A stretch of DNA of 37,407 nt from Myxococcales bacterium (lineage in GTDB: Bacteria > Myxococcota_A > UBA9042), in assembly GCA_037441385.1 (NCBI GenBank), contig JBBISH010000060.1, positions 1 through 37,407 of the forward strand. Direction: 5' to 3'. Shown in pieces: positions 29,428 to 36,969 of this stretch. Below the pieces are notes generated by a model that had not been told where the DNA came from, did no database searches, and saw nothing but the letters and a program-made list of their open reading frames with translations. Numbering within the stretch: the stretch's first letter is position 1; every line of letters starts with the position of its first letter. A program made the translations under genes and the position numbers.

Positions 29428-30530
29428 GGGGCAACCTTCCAGGCGCCGCGTGTGCCGTCGATGCGCGTCGCGATATAGGCCATGGCGGTAGGCGACTTCA
29501 AGTGGGCGCGGTCGTCCCATTGATCATCGCGGAAATGCGACAAGTCCTCTTGCGTATTGAGGTCAACCGTCGGTTCGCGGCGGTCGGCGAGCCACTGCCG
29601 CAGCCGCTGCACCAAGAGATCGCGGTTCGCCAGGGCCGCGGGCGAGGCGACGCGGGCCATCAGCTCGGGGTTGGCGAACGGCAGCACCACGGTCAAGGTG
29701 GGTACGCCGCTGCGGTGGATCGCGTCGAGCGTAGCGGCCAGTTGCAGGCTGCGCGGACGAGTCGCGAATTCGCGGTCATCGCCCAGCCGCAGTCCGGCGA
29801 GCTCGCGGCCATAGGTGGCAGCACTTTGCTCAATGGCGCGGCGACGCTCCGGGCCGGCTTGGGCCAGCGCGCGGCGCTCGTAGGGCCACTGCACCCAGGC
29901 CAACCACGCGGACCGCAGGGCATCCAGGTAACCCACCAACGGCAAGGAGGCTTGCTGCACAAGGGCGATCGTGTGCTCGCGGCGAGTCAGGTGCTCGGCA
30001 AAATCGCGGCCCGCGGCGTCGCATGGCAGCCAGCGCAAATTCGCCCCATCTTCGTCCAGGCGGTGCGGGGTCGTGGCCGGACCCTGGGGCCAAAACGAGA
30101 GCTCGCCACCGTGCACGGGCTCGGGCGCCGGCGCGGACTCGGCAAAGAGGTCGGGCGAGATCGCCAGGATGACCTGCTGGGGCGCCCCTGCCAGCCGTTG
30201 ACCGCGACCGAACTGCAGGAAATAGTCGAGCGGCGTCGCGCCCGGCTCGGCCCAGTTGGTCACGGCCCAGTCGGTTCGGCGAGCCTGCAGCGCGTCGTGA
30301 AGCCCTTGACCGGGGGCCAGCCGGTAGTTGCCAATCCCTGAGTCGCCAAGCAAGAACAACTTGGGCCGTGCATCGCGGAAGGCCAGCCGGCAGGCCGCCC
30401 ACAGCGCGCCATGGACGGCCACGCTGACCAGCAGCAGCCACGCGAGCGGCGAGAGCGGCACACGGCGGCGCCAGCTGGTGGCGGGCGGCGAAGTCGCCGA
30501 GGCAGGGCTGGCGGGGGTGCGCCAATTCAT
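29424..30530 (-). CDS. Membrane-anchored SGNH-fold protein (DltD/AlgJ-like acyltransferase candidate)
   Basis: N-terminal TM helix, FLLGDS block-I motif, C-terminal DRAH (DxxH). Lies between the MBOAT and ligase genes. Confidence 0.7.
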   Translation of the reverse strand: MNWRTPASPASATSPPATSWRRRVPLSPLAWLLLVSVAVHGALWAACRLAFRDARPKLFLLGDSGIGNYRLAPGQGLHDALQARRTDWAVTNWAEPGATPLDYFLQFGRGQRLAGAPQQVILAISPDLFAESAPAPEPVHGGELSFWPQGPATTPHRLDEDGANLRWLPCDAAGRDFAEHLTRREHTIALVQQASLPLVGYLDALRSAWLAWVQWPYERRALAQAGPERRRAIEQSAATYGRELAGLRLGDDREFATRPRSLQLAATLDAIHRSGVPTLTVVLPFANPELMARVASPAALANRDLLVQRLRQWLADRREPTVDLNTQEDLSHFRDDQWDDRAHLKSPTAMAYIATRIDGTRGAWKVAP

Positions 30531-30542
30531 CTGGCCGTGCTC

Positions 30543-31949
30543 CTAGAACTGAAAATAGATGAAGCGCTCGCCCGGAGCGTAGCCCCGGAGCAGCAGCGCC
30601 ATCAGCGCGGCATAGACCACGGCGCGCCGCCAAGGGCTGAGGTCAAAAACCCAGAAAAGGTTCGATGCTTGCCGGGCCCGCCCCTGCAACCACACCGTTC
30701 CTGCGGCGGCCGCCGCCAACAGCCAGGCGTTCGTACCCAGCGCCACCGGCAGCCAGGGTCCCGAAAAAAGCCCGCAGAGCTGCGCCCAACCGCTTTGGAC
30801 GTCTGCGCTCCTAAAGAACAAGTAGCCCAGGCAGACCGTGTGGAAGGACACCAGCCCGGCAAGCAGGCGCAGCCACAGAGGATCGCCCAGTCGCTTCTTG
30901 GCCCGCTTGCGGAGGTTCTTCGACAACAGCACGGCACTGATCCCCGCCGAGTGGATGGCGCCCCACACCACGTACTGCCAGCCGGTGCCGTGCCACAGAC
31001 CGCTGGTCAGGAACGTCGCCCAAGCCGCCGCCAGCACGCCCAGGGTTGGCCGCTGCCGCAGCGCGAGCGCCAAGGGGTTGAAAATGAAATCATTGAGCCA
31101 ACTCGACAGGGACACGTGCCAGTGCTTCCAAAAGTCGCTGAGGTTGGTGGTCAGGTACGGCGCAAGGAAGTTCTGGGTGACGTCGAGGCCGAACAGCCGC
31201 GCGACCCCGCGTGCCATGTACGAGTAGCCGGCGAAATCACCGTAGATCTGGAGCGCATACGCCCACAGCCCCAAGAGCGTGGCCAGCCCCGACTGTTCGG
31301 GCGCGAGCCAGGCCTCGGCGCATTGGCCAACTTGATCCGCGAGGACGCATTTGTGCAGCGCGCCCAGGCTCAATAGCCAAATGCCTTGACACCAAACCGA
31401 GTAATTCCACCTTCGCGGCACCGACAGCTGCGGCAAGAACCGACTGGCCCGCTCGATCGGGCCGCTAAGGAGGGTGGGGAAGAAGGCAACAAAGGTAATG
31501 CATCTGAGCAGGTTGCGCTCTGCGGCCATCCGGCGGTAATAGACGTCGAGCGTCAGCGTCATTTTCTGGAGCGTCCAAAACGACAGTCCGACCGGCATGG
31601 CGACGGCCAGTGCCCCTGCTGGCAAGTGGGCAGCCTGGGCCCAAGTTGCCAACGTGTCGACATAGAATTGGTTGTACTTAAAGTAGATTAGTTGGGAGAG
31701 GTTGAGGCTGACGGAGACCCATAACCAGCGCTTGCGCAAGGCCGGTTCGGCACTGCGCTCCACGGCCAAGGCGATCTGCCACTCTGCAACGGTCGAGACG
31801 AGCAGCAAGGTCACAGCGGACCAGCCAAACAGCGCGACAAAAATCACCGACGCGGCGAGCAAAATCGCGTTCTGCGCCTGCTCTACCGACCAATAGAGGG
31901 CCAGCACAACCGCAAGGGCCGCCGCAAATTCAAAAGAGAGGAATTGCAC
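30543..31949 (-). CDS. MBOAT-family acyltransferase (AlgI/DltB-like) ending in FIYFQF
   Basis: PVGLSFWT, FFPTLLSGPI, QIYGDFAGYS, NFLAPY, FWKHWHVSLSSW, SGLWHG (catalytic His), terminal FIYFQF. Confidence 0.93.
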   Translation of the reverse strand: MQFLSFEFAAALAVVLALYWSVEQAQNAILLAASVIFVALFGWSAVTLLLVSTVAEWQIALAVERSAEPALRKRWLWVSVSLNLSQLIYFKYNQFYVDTLATWAQAAHLPAGALAVAMPVGLSFWTLQKMTLTLDVYYRRMAAERNLLRCITFVAFFPTLLSGPIERASRFLPQLSVPRRWNYSVWCQGIWLLSLGALHKCVLADQVGQCAEAWLAPEQSGLATLLGLWAYALQIYGDFAGYSYMARGVARLFGLDVTQNFLAPYLTTNLSDFWKHWHVSLSSWLNDFIFNPLALALRQRPTLGVLAAAWATFLTSGLWHGTGWQYVVWGAIHSAGISAVLLSKNLRKRAKKRLGDPLWLRLLAGLVSFHTVCLGYLFFRSADVQSGWAQLCGLFSGPWLPVALGTNAWLLAAAAAGTVWLQGRARQASNLFWVFDLSPWRRAVVYAALMALLLRGYAPGERFIYFQF

Positions 31950-31964
31950 GGGTTCGACGCCGGC

Positions 31965-32213
31965 CTAGATGCCTTTGAGTTCGGCGACGATATCGAGCAG
32001 GTCCTGGACCTTGACGACACTTTGCAGCCGAGCCGGGTCGGCAAAGCGGATGCCGAAGGTTTGCTCCATCGCCACAACAATGTGGATATGGTTCAGCGAA
32101 TCCCAGTCTTCGATATCGGCAAAGGCGGTGTCGGCAGCGAAGCTCAGTTCGTCGTCATCCGTGACCGAGCGGGCGATCCGCAAGAGGGCGGGCAGCAAGT
32201 CGACGCGTTGCAT
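31965..32213 (-). CDS. Acyl/aminoacyl carrier protein
   Basis: 82 aa acidic protein with DWDSLNH phosphopantetheine site and MEQTFGIRF. GGAG RBS. Confidence 0.92.
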   Translation of the reverse strand: MQRVDLLPALLRIARSVTDDDELSFAADTAFADIEDWDSLNHIHIVVAMEQTFGIRFADPARLQSVVKVQDLLDIVAELKGI

Positions 32214-32409
32214 AGGGATCTCCGGTTGGCGGGCACATACGCCGGGCGCACGCCGCGACGACCGCGCCGCACTAGTGTGCCTAGCTGGTTGAGTTCACGC
32301 AAGGGCGCAGTTCCCTACAGTTCTCCATATCGGCAGGTTGTCGAGCTTCGGGCGGCGGCAGGACCGCGAGGCGAGCCGGCTGGAGTACGGACGACGGTGT
32401 GGGTCGTCT

Positions 32410-32519
32410 TGAAAACTTGGGCAGTTCCCCGTGGGCGAAACCGCGACCGCGCCTGATTCTCGCCACTTGCAGAGTGGCTCAAGGCGGCCGTGCAGGCGGC
32501 AATTAGGTGGAGTTCGAAT
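32410..32519. repeat. Diverged partial third copy of repeat B
   Basis: gaaaacttgggcagttc...cgcctgattctcgcc...ttgcaga...caggcg...aattaggtgg is colinear with about 33146-33253. Confidence 0.7.
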
Positions 32520-32653
32520 CCTTCGCCGGCGCTTGCCGCCAGAATCCAATCGTGCGGGTCAAGCCCCACCAACGTCGATGTGCCTACGTGGCACTCTTGA
32601 CCGGTGCTCTTGACCGGTGCGAGCGCCGCACGGACTCCGGTGCCACCGCCGTC

Positions 32654-32718
32654 GCTCGGTGTCCCCTGCTCGGTGTCCCCTGCTCGGTGTCCCCTGCTCG
32701 GTGTCCCCGCTCGGTGTC
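32654..32718. repeat. 14-bp tandem repeat (gctcggtgtcccct), about 4.7 copies
   Basis: Three perfect units, one 13-bp unit and one partial unit. Confidence 0.92.
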
Positions 32719-32831
32719 GTCTGTGACCCAAGTGCGGTGTTGCTGGATGGTGCACCGGAAGGAAAGCTGCCGGATGGCCTGCACAGAGCCGTCGGTGCAC
32801 AGAGCCGTCAGGGCCTACCTAATACCAGTTC

Positions 32832-33559
32832 CCTGCCTTACCGGATAGCTACTAGCACCCTAGTTCTATTGGAAACCTGTGCGAACCGCGGCACTTAGCC
32901 CTCACCCCGCCGCCTGCGGCGGCAGCCCCGCTCTCCCGGCGCCGCTGGCGCCACTCGTTCGCTTCGCTCACCGCGGGGACCCCTCCTCTCCCAACGCTTT
33001 GGGCGAGGGGCAATGCAATTTCCCTTTACTCCTCACCCACTTCAGTGGGAGAGGGGTCGGCCGTAGGCCGGGGGTGAGGGCCATTCGACGTGCCGGCAGA
33101 GTAGGCAACCGGTAAGGCAGGTACCAATTCCGTCTGAACCGGATCGAAAACTCGGGCAATTCTTCGGGCCCGAACCGGGGTCCCCGCCTGATTCTCGCCG
33201 GTTGCAGAACGGGTCAGAAACGCTGTACAGGCGCGAATCAGGTGGGGTGCGTATAACGTGTGGGCAGCAGGCAGTGGTGGCGCCCGGCGAAGAGTACCTG
33301 GGCCAAAGTTGCGCGCGCAACTTGGGGGCTAGCTCTATGAAGTTGCAGCGGCTTTTGGAAATGGAGTGCAGTTTGGCGATTTCCGTCGAGTGTACTGGAG
33401 TGTGGCTCAAGCTTGGAATCGAGGACCCGGTCCGATACCCAATCGCCCAATGGTGGGGGAGCGGCGGCCGCCCAAAGGCGGTGGGGTGAGGGTCGACCGT
33501 CAAGGATCGCACAGGTTTCCGACACATATGCGGCCCAGGTAGCTATCCGGCAAGGCAGG
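32832..33559. repeat. Repeat family C: about 105-bp imperfect inverted arms (32832-32937 and 33455-33559) plus an internal shorter copy (33047-33121)
   Basis: Shared blocks cctgccttrccggatagctac, ggaaacctgtgcga and ccctcacccc with identical spacing (17 and 14 nt) in both arms. Confidence 0.8.
33122..33253. repeat. 132-bp TA-ended repeat B, copy 2 (inverted relative to copy 1)
   Basis: Matches the reverse complement of 24691-24822. Confidence 0.9.
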
Positions 33560-33642
33560 AATCCACCACCACTTCGGGCAAAACGGTCAGCGCGGTCTGC
33601 CCTTGCAGCAGCAGCCGCTTGGAGACGGCCTCGCAAGCGCAG

Positions 33643-33984
33643 CTACCACTCCTGGAGGCAGGCCTGGAACTCCGGTTCCGCCAGGCGCGGCTCCAAGTCC
33701 GCCGCCAGCTGGCGCACCAGGGCGTCCGCAGCCGCGCCGCTGCCGAACACGTAGAAGCCGCTCCAGATGTCCCAGCCCACGCTCAACTTCAGGCCCGGCC
33801 GGCCTATGGTGGCCACCACGCTGTCCAGGCCGTCGACCGGCGGGCTTGGCGCGGCAAAGCCGTGCACCGTGCGCAAGTACTCGGCAACTGGCCCGATCAG
33901 GTCGTAGGTCGCGGCGTACACTTCCCAGCACACGGCACCCGAGTGGTTGGTGGTCAGCTGGCCCTGTAGCGTTCGCTCAATCAT
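33643..33984 (-). CDS. Hypothetical protein
   Basis: 113-aa ORF starting 11 nt after the Uma2 stop, with GGAGG upstream and protein-like composition (LSVGWDIWSGFYVFG). Confidence 0.6.
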   Translation of the reverse strand: MIERTLQGQLTTNHSGAVCWEVYAATYDLIGPVAEYLRTVHGFAAPSPPVDGLDSVVATIGRPGLKLSVGWDIWSGFYVFGSGAAADALVRQLAADLEPRLAEPEFQACLQEW

Positions 33985-33995
33985 GCCCGCAAATA

Positions 33996-34589
33996 CTAAT
34001 CCTCCGGCGGCCCCAACCGCTCGACCACCGCCGCCCAATCGACCACCACCTCGGGCAAAACCGTCACCGCCGTCTGCCCTTGCATCGGCAGCAGCTCGGG
34101 CCGGCCGTACTCGCCGCCCGTCAGCGTGTAGATGGCGACGATGCGGTCGGCCGGGTGCACCAGCCAGAACTCGCGAACCCCGCTGGCCTCGTACAGGCGG
34201 CGCTTCTTGACGTGATCGTAGCTCGACGTGGCCGGCGAAACCACCTCGACCACCAGGTCAGGGGCGCCGATCACGCCGCGGCGGTCGAGCTTGGCGGGGT
34301 CGCACACCACCAGCAGGTCGGGCTGCACCACCCGGTCGACCTGGTCGTCGGCCTGTCCCGGCGCGGCCAGGCGCACGTCCAGCGGGCTAGTCAGGGCCCG
34401 ACACGGCTTGCCGCGCAAGGCCCCAGTGAACTGGCCAAGTAGCTCGCTCACGATGGTCTGGTGTTCCAGCGACGGTGCGGGCGACATGCAGATGGCCTCG
34501 CCGTCGATCAGCTCCCAGCGCTGGCCGTCGTTCCAGCTCAAGTAGTCGGCGTAGCTGAAGTGGCCGGGGCGCTGTTTGGGCAGAGGCAT
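33996..34589 (-). CDS. Uma2 family (PD-(D/E)XK) endonuclease
   Basis: FSYADY, WELIDG, MSPAPSLEHQ, VQPDLLVVCD, GAPDLVVEVVSP, KRRLYEASGVREFWLVHP. Confidence 0.93.
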   Translation of the reverse strand: MPLPKQRPGHFSYADYLSWNDGQRWELIDGEAICMSPAPSLEHQTIVSELLGQFTGALRGKPCRALTSPLDVRLAAPGQADDQVDRVVQPDLLVVCDPAKLDRRGVIGAPDLVVEVVSPATSSYDHVKKRRLYEASGVREFWLVHPADRIVAIYTLTGGEYGRPELLPMQGQTAVTVLPEVVVDWAAVVERLGPPED

Positions 34590-34742
34590 CGCGGACCTTG
34601 CTGGCCGGTCGCAGCCGGTTGGCTTCAGGATGGCAGGGGCCGGCGGGGCCTGCAAGGGTGCGGAGCGCGGCGAACCCAGCCGGGCAATCGCGGCTCCTAC
34701 CTTCCACTTGCGGCATAGACCTGCCGCCGTCCCGGAGTCCCG

Positions 34743-35399
34743 ATGAACGCGACCGCCCAAGGAATCCAAGACCGCTACACGACCCTGGCCGACGACAGTT
34801 GCTGTCTGTCGTGCGGCACGGCCGTTGGCCGCTGCGAGCCCAAGCCCGGCGAAGTGTGCGTCGACTTGGGCAGTGGCCGCGGCACCGACGTGCTGTGGAT
34901 GGCCGAGCAGGTCGGGCCCACGGGTCACGCCTACGGCATCGACCTGACCGAGGCGATGCTGGCCACCGCCCGCCGCACCGCCGAAAAGATGGGCCTGGAG
35001 AACGCGACCTTCTTGCGCGCCGACCTGGAGGCCCTGCCGCTGCCGAGCGGGGTCGCGCACTGGGTCACCTCGAATTGCGTGCTGAACCACGCTGGCGACA
35101 AAGGCCAGGTGTGGCGCGAGATTGCGCGGGTGCTGCACGACGACGGGCGGTTCGTGGTCAGCGACATCTACGCCGCCCAGCCGATCGACGCCAAGTATCG
35201 CAACGACCCGCAGGCGGTGGCGGAGTGCTGGGGTGGCGCGGTGGTGCGCGAAGACTACCTGCGCCACATCGCGGAAGCCGGCTTGGTCGACGTGGAGATC
35301 CTGGAAGAAAGTGAGCCGTACCCCAAGGGCCATGCCCAAGTGGTCAGCTTTACCCTCGCGGGGCGCAAGCCACGCAAAAAGGGGTGCTGCTGCTGCTAG
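34743..35399 (+). CDS. ArsM-like (arsenite methyltransferase-like) SAM-dependent methyltransferase with CCCC tail
   Basis: VDLGSGRGTD SAM motif and GIDLTEAM. Cys motifs LSCG, TSNCVLN and ECWGGA align with the ArsM GCG, SNCVIN and CxxGA sites. Ends in KKGCCCC. Confidence 0.8.
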   Translation: MNATAQGIQDRYTTLADDSCCLSCGTAVGRCEPKPGEVCVDLGSGRGTDVLWMAEQVGPTGHAYGIDLTEAMLATARRTAEKMGLENATFLRADLEALPLPSGVAHWVTSNCVLNHAGDKGQVWREIARVLHDDGRFVVSDIYAAQPIDAKYRNDPQAVAECWGGAVVREDYLRHIAEAGLVDVEILEESEPYPKGHAQVVSFTLAGRKPRKKGCCCC

Positions 35400-35439
35400 A
35401 AGGTCTAGCGGCGGGCACCCCATCGCCAAGGGAGGTACC

Positions 35440-35538
35440 GTGAAGTCGCTCATCAAGAAGGCGCCGGCAACGGCCGCCAAGACCGTGGCGCAGTGCTGTG
35501 CCAAGGTCAGCAAGACCGTGGCCGGCTGCCACGACTAG
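35440..35538 (+). CDS. 32-aa Cys-containing peptide, putative RiPP precursor (MKSLIKKAPATAAKTVAQCCAKVSKTVAGCHD)
   Basis: GGAGG RBS at 35431-35435, GTG start, GC3-rich codons, directly upstream of a radical SAM/SPASM gene. Confidence 0.8.
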   Translation: MKSLIKKAPATAAKTVAQCCAKVSKTVAGCHD

Positions 35539-35559
35539 GCCCCTGAAGGCAAGCTCGCC

Positions 35560-35610
35560 CGCCACCGGCCCCGCTGTTCGGTCGGTGGCGCGGCGGGCCG
35601 GGCGGCCCGC
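35560..35610 (+). other. Two intercistronic stem-loops between the peptide and radical SAM genes
   Basis: cgccaccggcc/ggtcggtggcg (35560-35590) and gcgggcc/ggcccgc (35593-35610). No U-tract. Confidence 0.5.
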
Positions 35611-35621
35611 AAAGGAAGGCC

Positions 35622-36962
35622 ATGCAGCTCTCGCGCCACAACATCTTGACCCAAGTCCACGGTTCGCCGCAGTGGCTGCTGGCCAACTTGCTCAGCGGTC
35701 AGGCCGATTTGCTGGACCCTGAAGTCGCCGAGCCCCTGGCCCGCGGCGAGCTGCCTCCCGCCGGCGCGGCCTTGGACGAGCTGGCCGCCAAGGGCTACGC
35801 GGTGGAGCCCGCCGCCGAGCAGAAGGCGTTCCGCCAGGCCTACTTGGAGTTCTTGCGTCACCGCGAGACCGACGAGATTCAGCTGTTCTACGTGCCGACC
35901 TACGCCTGCAACTTTGCCTGCAGCTACTGCTTTCAAGACGAGTACGCGCCCAAACCTGGGCAGGACGGCGCCGCGGTGCTCGATGCGTTCTTTGCCTATG
36001 TGGACAAGCACTTTGCCGACCGCCGCAAGTACGTGACGCTGTTTGGCGGCGAGCCGCTGCTTGTTGCCCACACGGCGCGCGCGCTGGTGGAGCGCATGGT
36101 GGCGGGCACGCTGGCGCGCGGCTTGGATCTGGCCGTAGTCACCAATGGTTACCATCTGGCCGAGTACGTCCCGCTGCTGCAGACGGCGCGCATCCGCGAG
36201 ATTCAGGTGACCTTGGACGGGCCGGCAGCGGTGCACGACAGCCGGCGCAGGTTGCGCGGCGGGGCCGGAACCTTTGCCCAGGTGGCGCGCGGCGTGGACG
36301 CAGCCCTGCAGGCCGGGATGGCCGTGAACCTGCGCGCCGTGCTGGATCGCAGCAATTTAGAGGCGTTTGCCGACCTGGCGCGCTTTGCCATCGACGCCGG
36401 GTGGACGAACAACCCCCTGTTCAAGACGCAGATCGGCCGCAACTACGAGCTGCATCACTGCCAAAGCGAGCGGGCGCAGCTGTATACCCGCCTGCAATTG
36501 TTCCAGGACCTGTACGAGCTGATTCAGCGACGGCCCGAGGTGCTGGAGCTGCACAAGCCGGCCTATTCGGTGGCGAAATACCTGTTCGAGCGCGGCGAGC
36601 TGCCGGAGCCGCTGTTTGACAGCTGCCCGGCGTGCAAGACCGAGTGGGCGTTTGACTACACCGGCGCCATCTACCCGTGTACGGCCAACGTGGGCAAGGC
36701 CGGCGAAGCGGTCGGGCGCTTCTGGCCACAGGCCGAGCTCAGCGAACCCGACGTGGCCGCGTGGCAGGCCCGCGACGTGCTCGAAATCGAGGCATGCGGT
36801 TCGTGCAACCTGCGGTTGGCCTGCGGGGGCGGCTGCGGCGCGGTCGCCAAGAATCAGACTGGGCAAATCGCCGCGGCCGATTGCCGGCCCGTGGCCCAGT
36901 TGTTGTCGCTGGGCACCGCGCTGTACGGCGCCAGCGACCTTGAGCCTTGCGATGGGCGATAG
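35622..36962 (+). CDS. Radical SAM/SPASM-domain protein, putative peptide maturase
   Basis: PTYACNFACSYC, FGGEPLL, VTNG, QVTLDG...HD. SPASM-type Cys array CPAC...GAIYPC...CGSCNLRLACGGGC...C. AAGGAAGG RBS. Confidence 0.92.
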   Translation: MQLSRHNILTQVHGSPQWLLANLLSGQADLLDPEVAEPLARGELPPAGAALDELAAKGYAVEPAAEQKAFRQAYLEFLRHRETDEIQLFYVPTYACNFACSYCFQDEYAPKPGQDGAAVLDAFFAYVDKHFADRRKYVTLFGGEPLLVAHTARALVERMVAGTLARGLDLAVVTNGYHLAEYVPLLQTARIREIQVTLDGPAAVHDSRRRLRGGAGTFAQVARGVDAALQAGMAVNLRAVLDRSNLEAFADLARFAIDAGWTNNPLFKTQIGRNYELHHCQSERAQLYTRLQLFQDLYELIQRRPEVLELHKPAYSVAKYLFERGELPEPLFDSCPACKTEWAFDYTGAIYPCTANVGKAGEAVGRFWPQAELSEPDVAAWQARDVLEIEACGSCNLRLACGGGCGAVAKNQTGQIAAADCRPVAQLLSLGTALYGASDLEPCDGR

Positions 36963-36969
36963 GTGAACC

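Noticed and set aside
32506..32530. GTTCGAATCC resembling a tRNA T-loop or an attR remnant of tRNA-Arg
   Set aside because: The flanks do not form a T-stem or match the tRNA 3' end. The sequence is the end of the diverged repeat B copy.
32654..32718. CRISPR array
   Set aside because: The 14-bp units are contiguous with no spacers, and no cas genes are present.
32281..33636. Short ORFs in the repeat-rich intergenic zone (also 24404-25003)
   Set aside because: They are composed of repeat-derived sequence with no RBS, motif or transposase signature.
35122..35439. 138-aa ORF containing the peptide at its end
   Set aside because: The upstream part is an alternate frame inside the methyltransferase gene. 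The real RBS and start are at 35431-35442.
34590..35513. 505-aa Uma2 fusion as listed in the ORF track
   Set aside because: The N-terminal ~300 aa are the antisense shadow of the methyltransferase and peptide genes. The Uma2 domain begins at ATG 34589.
34743..36962. Selenocysteine recoding in the Cys-rich cluster
   Set aside because: The methyltransferase, peptide and radical SAM genes end in TAG, and I saw no in-frame TGA at a Cys-equivalent position.
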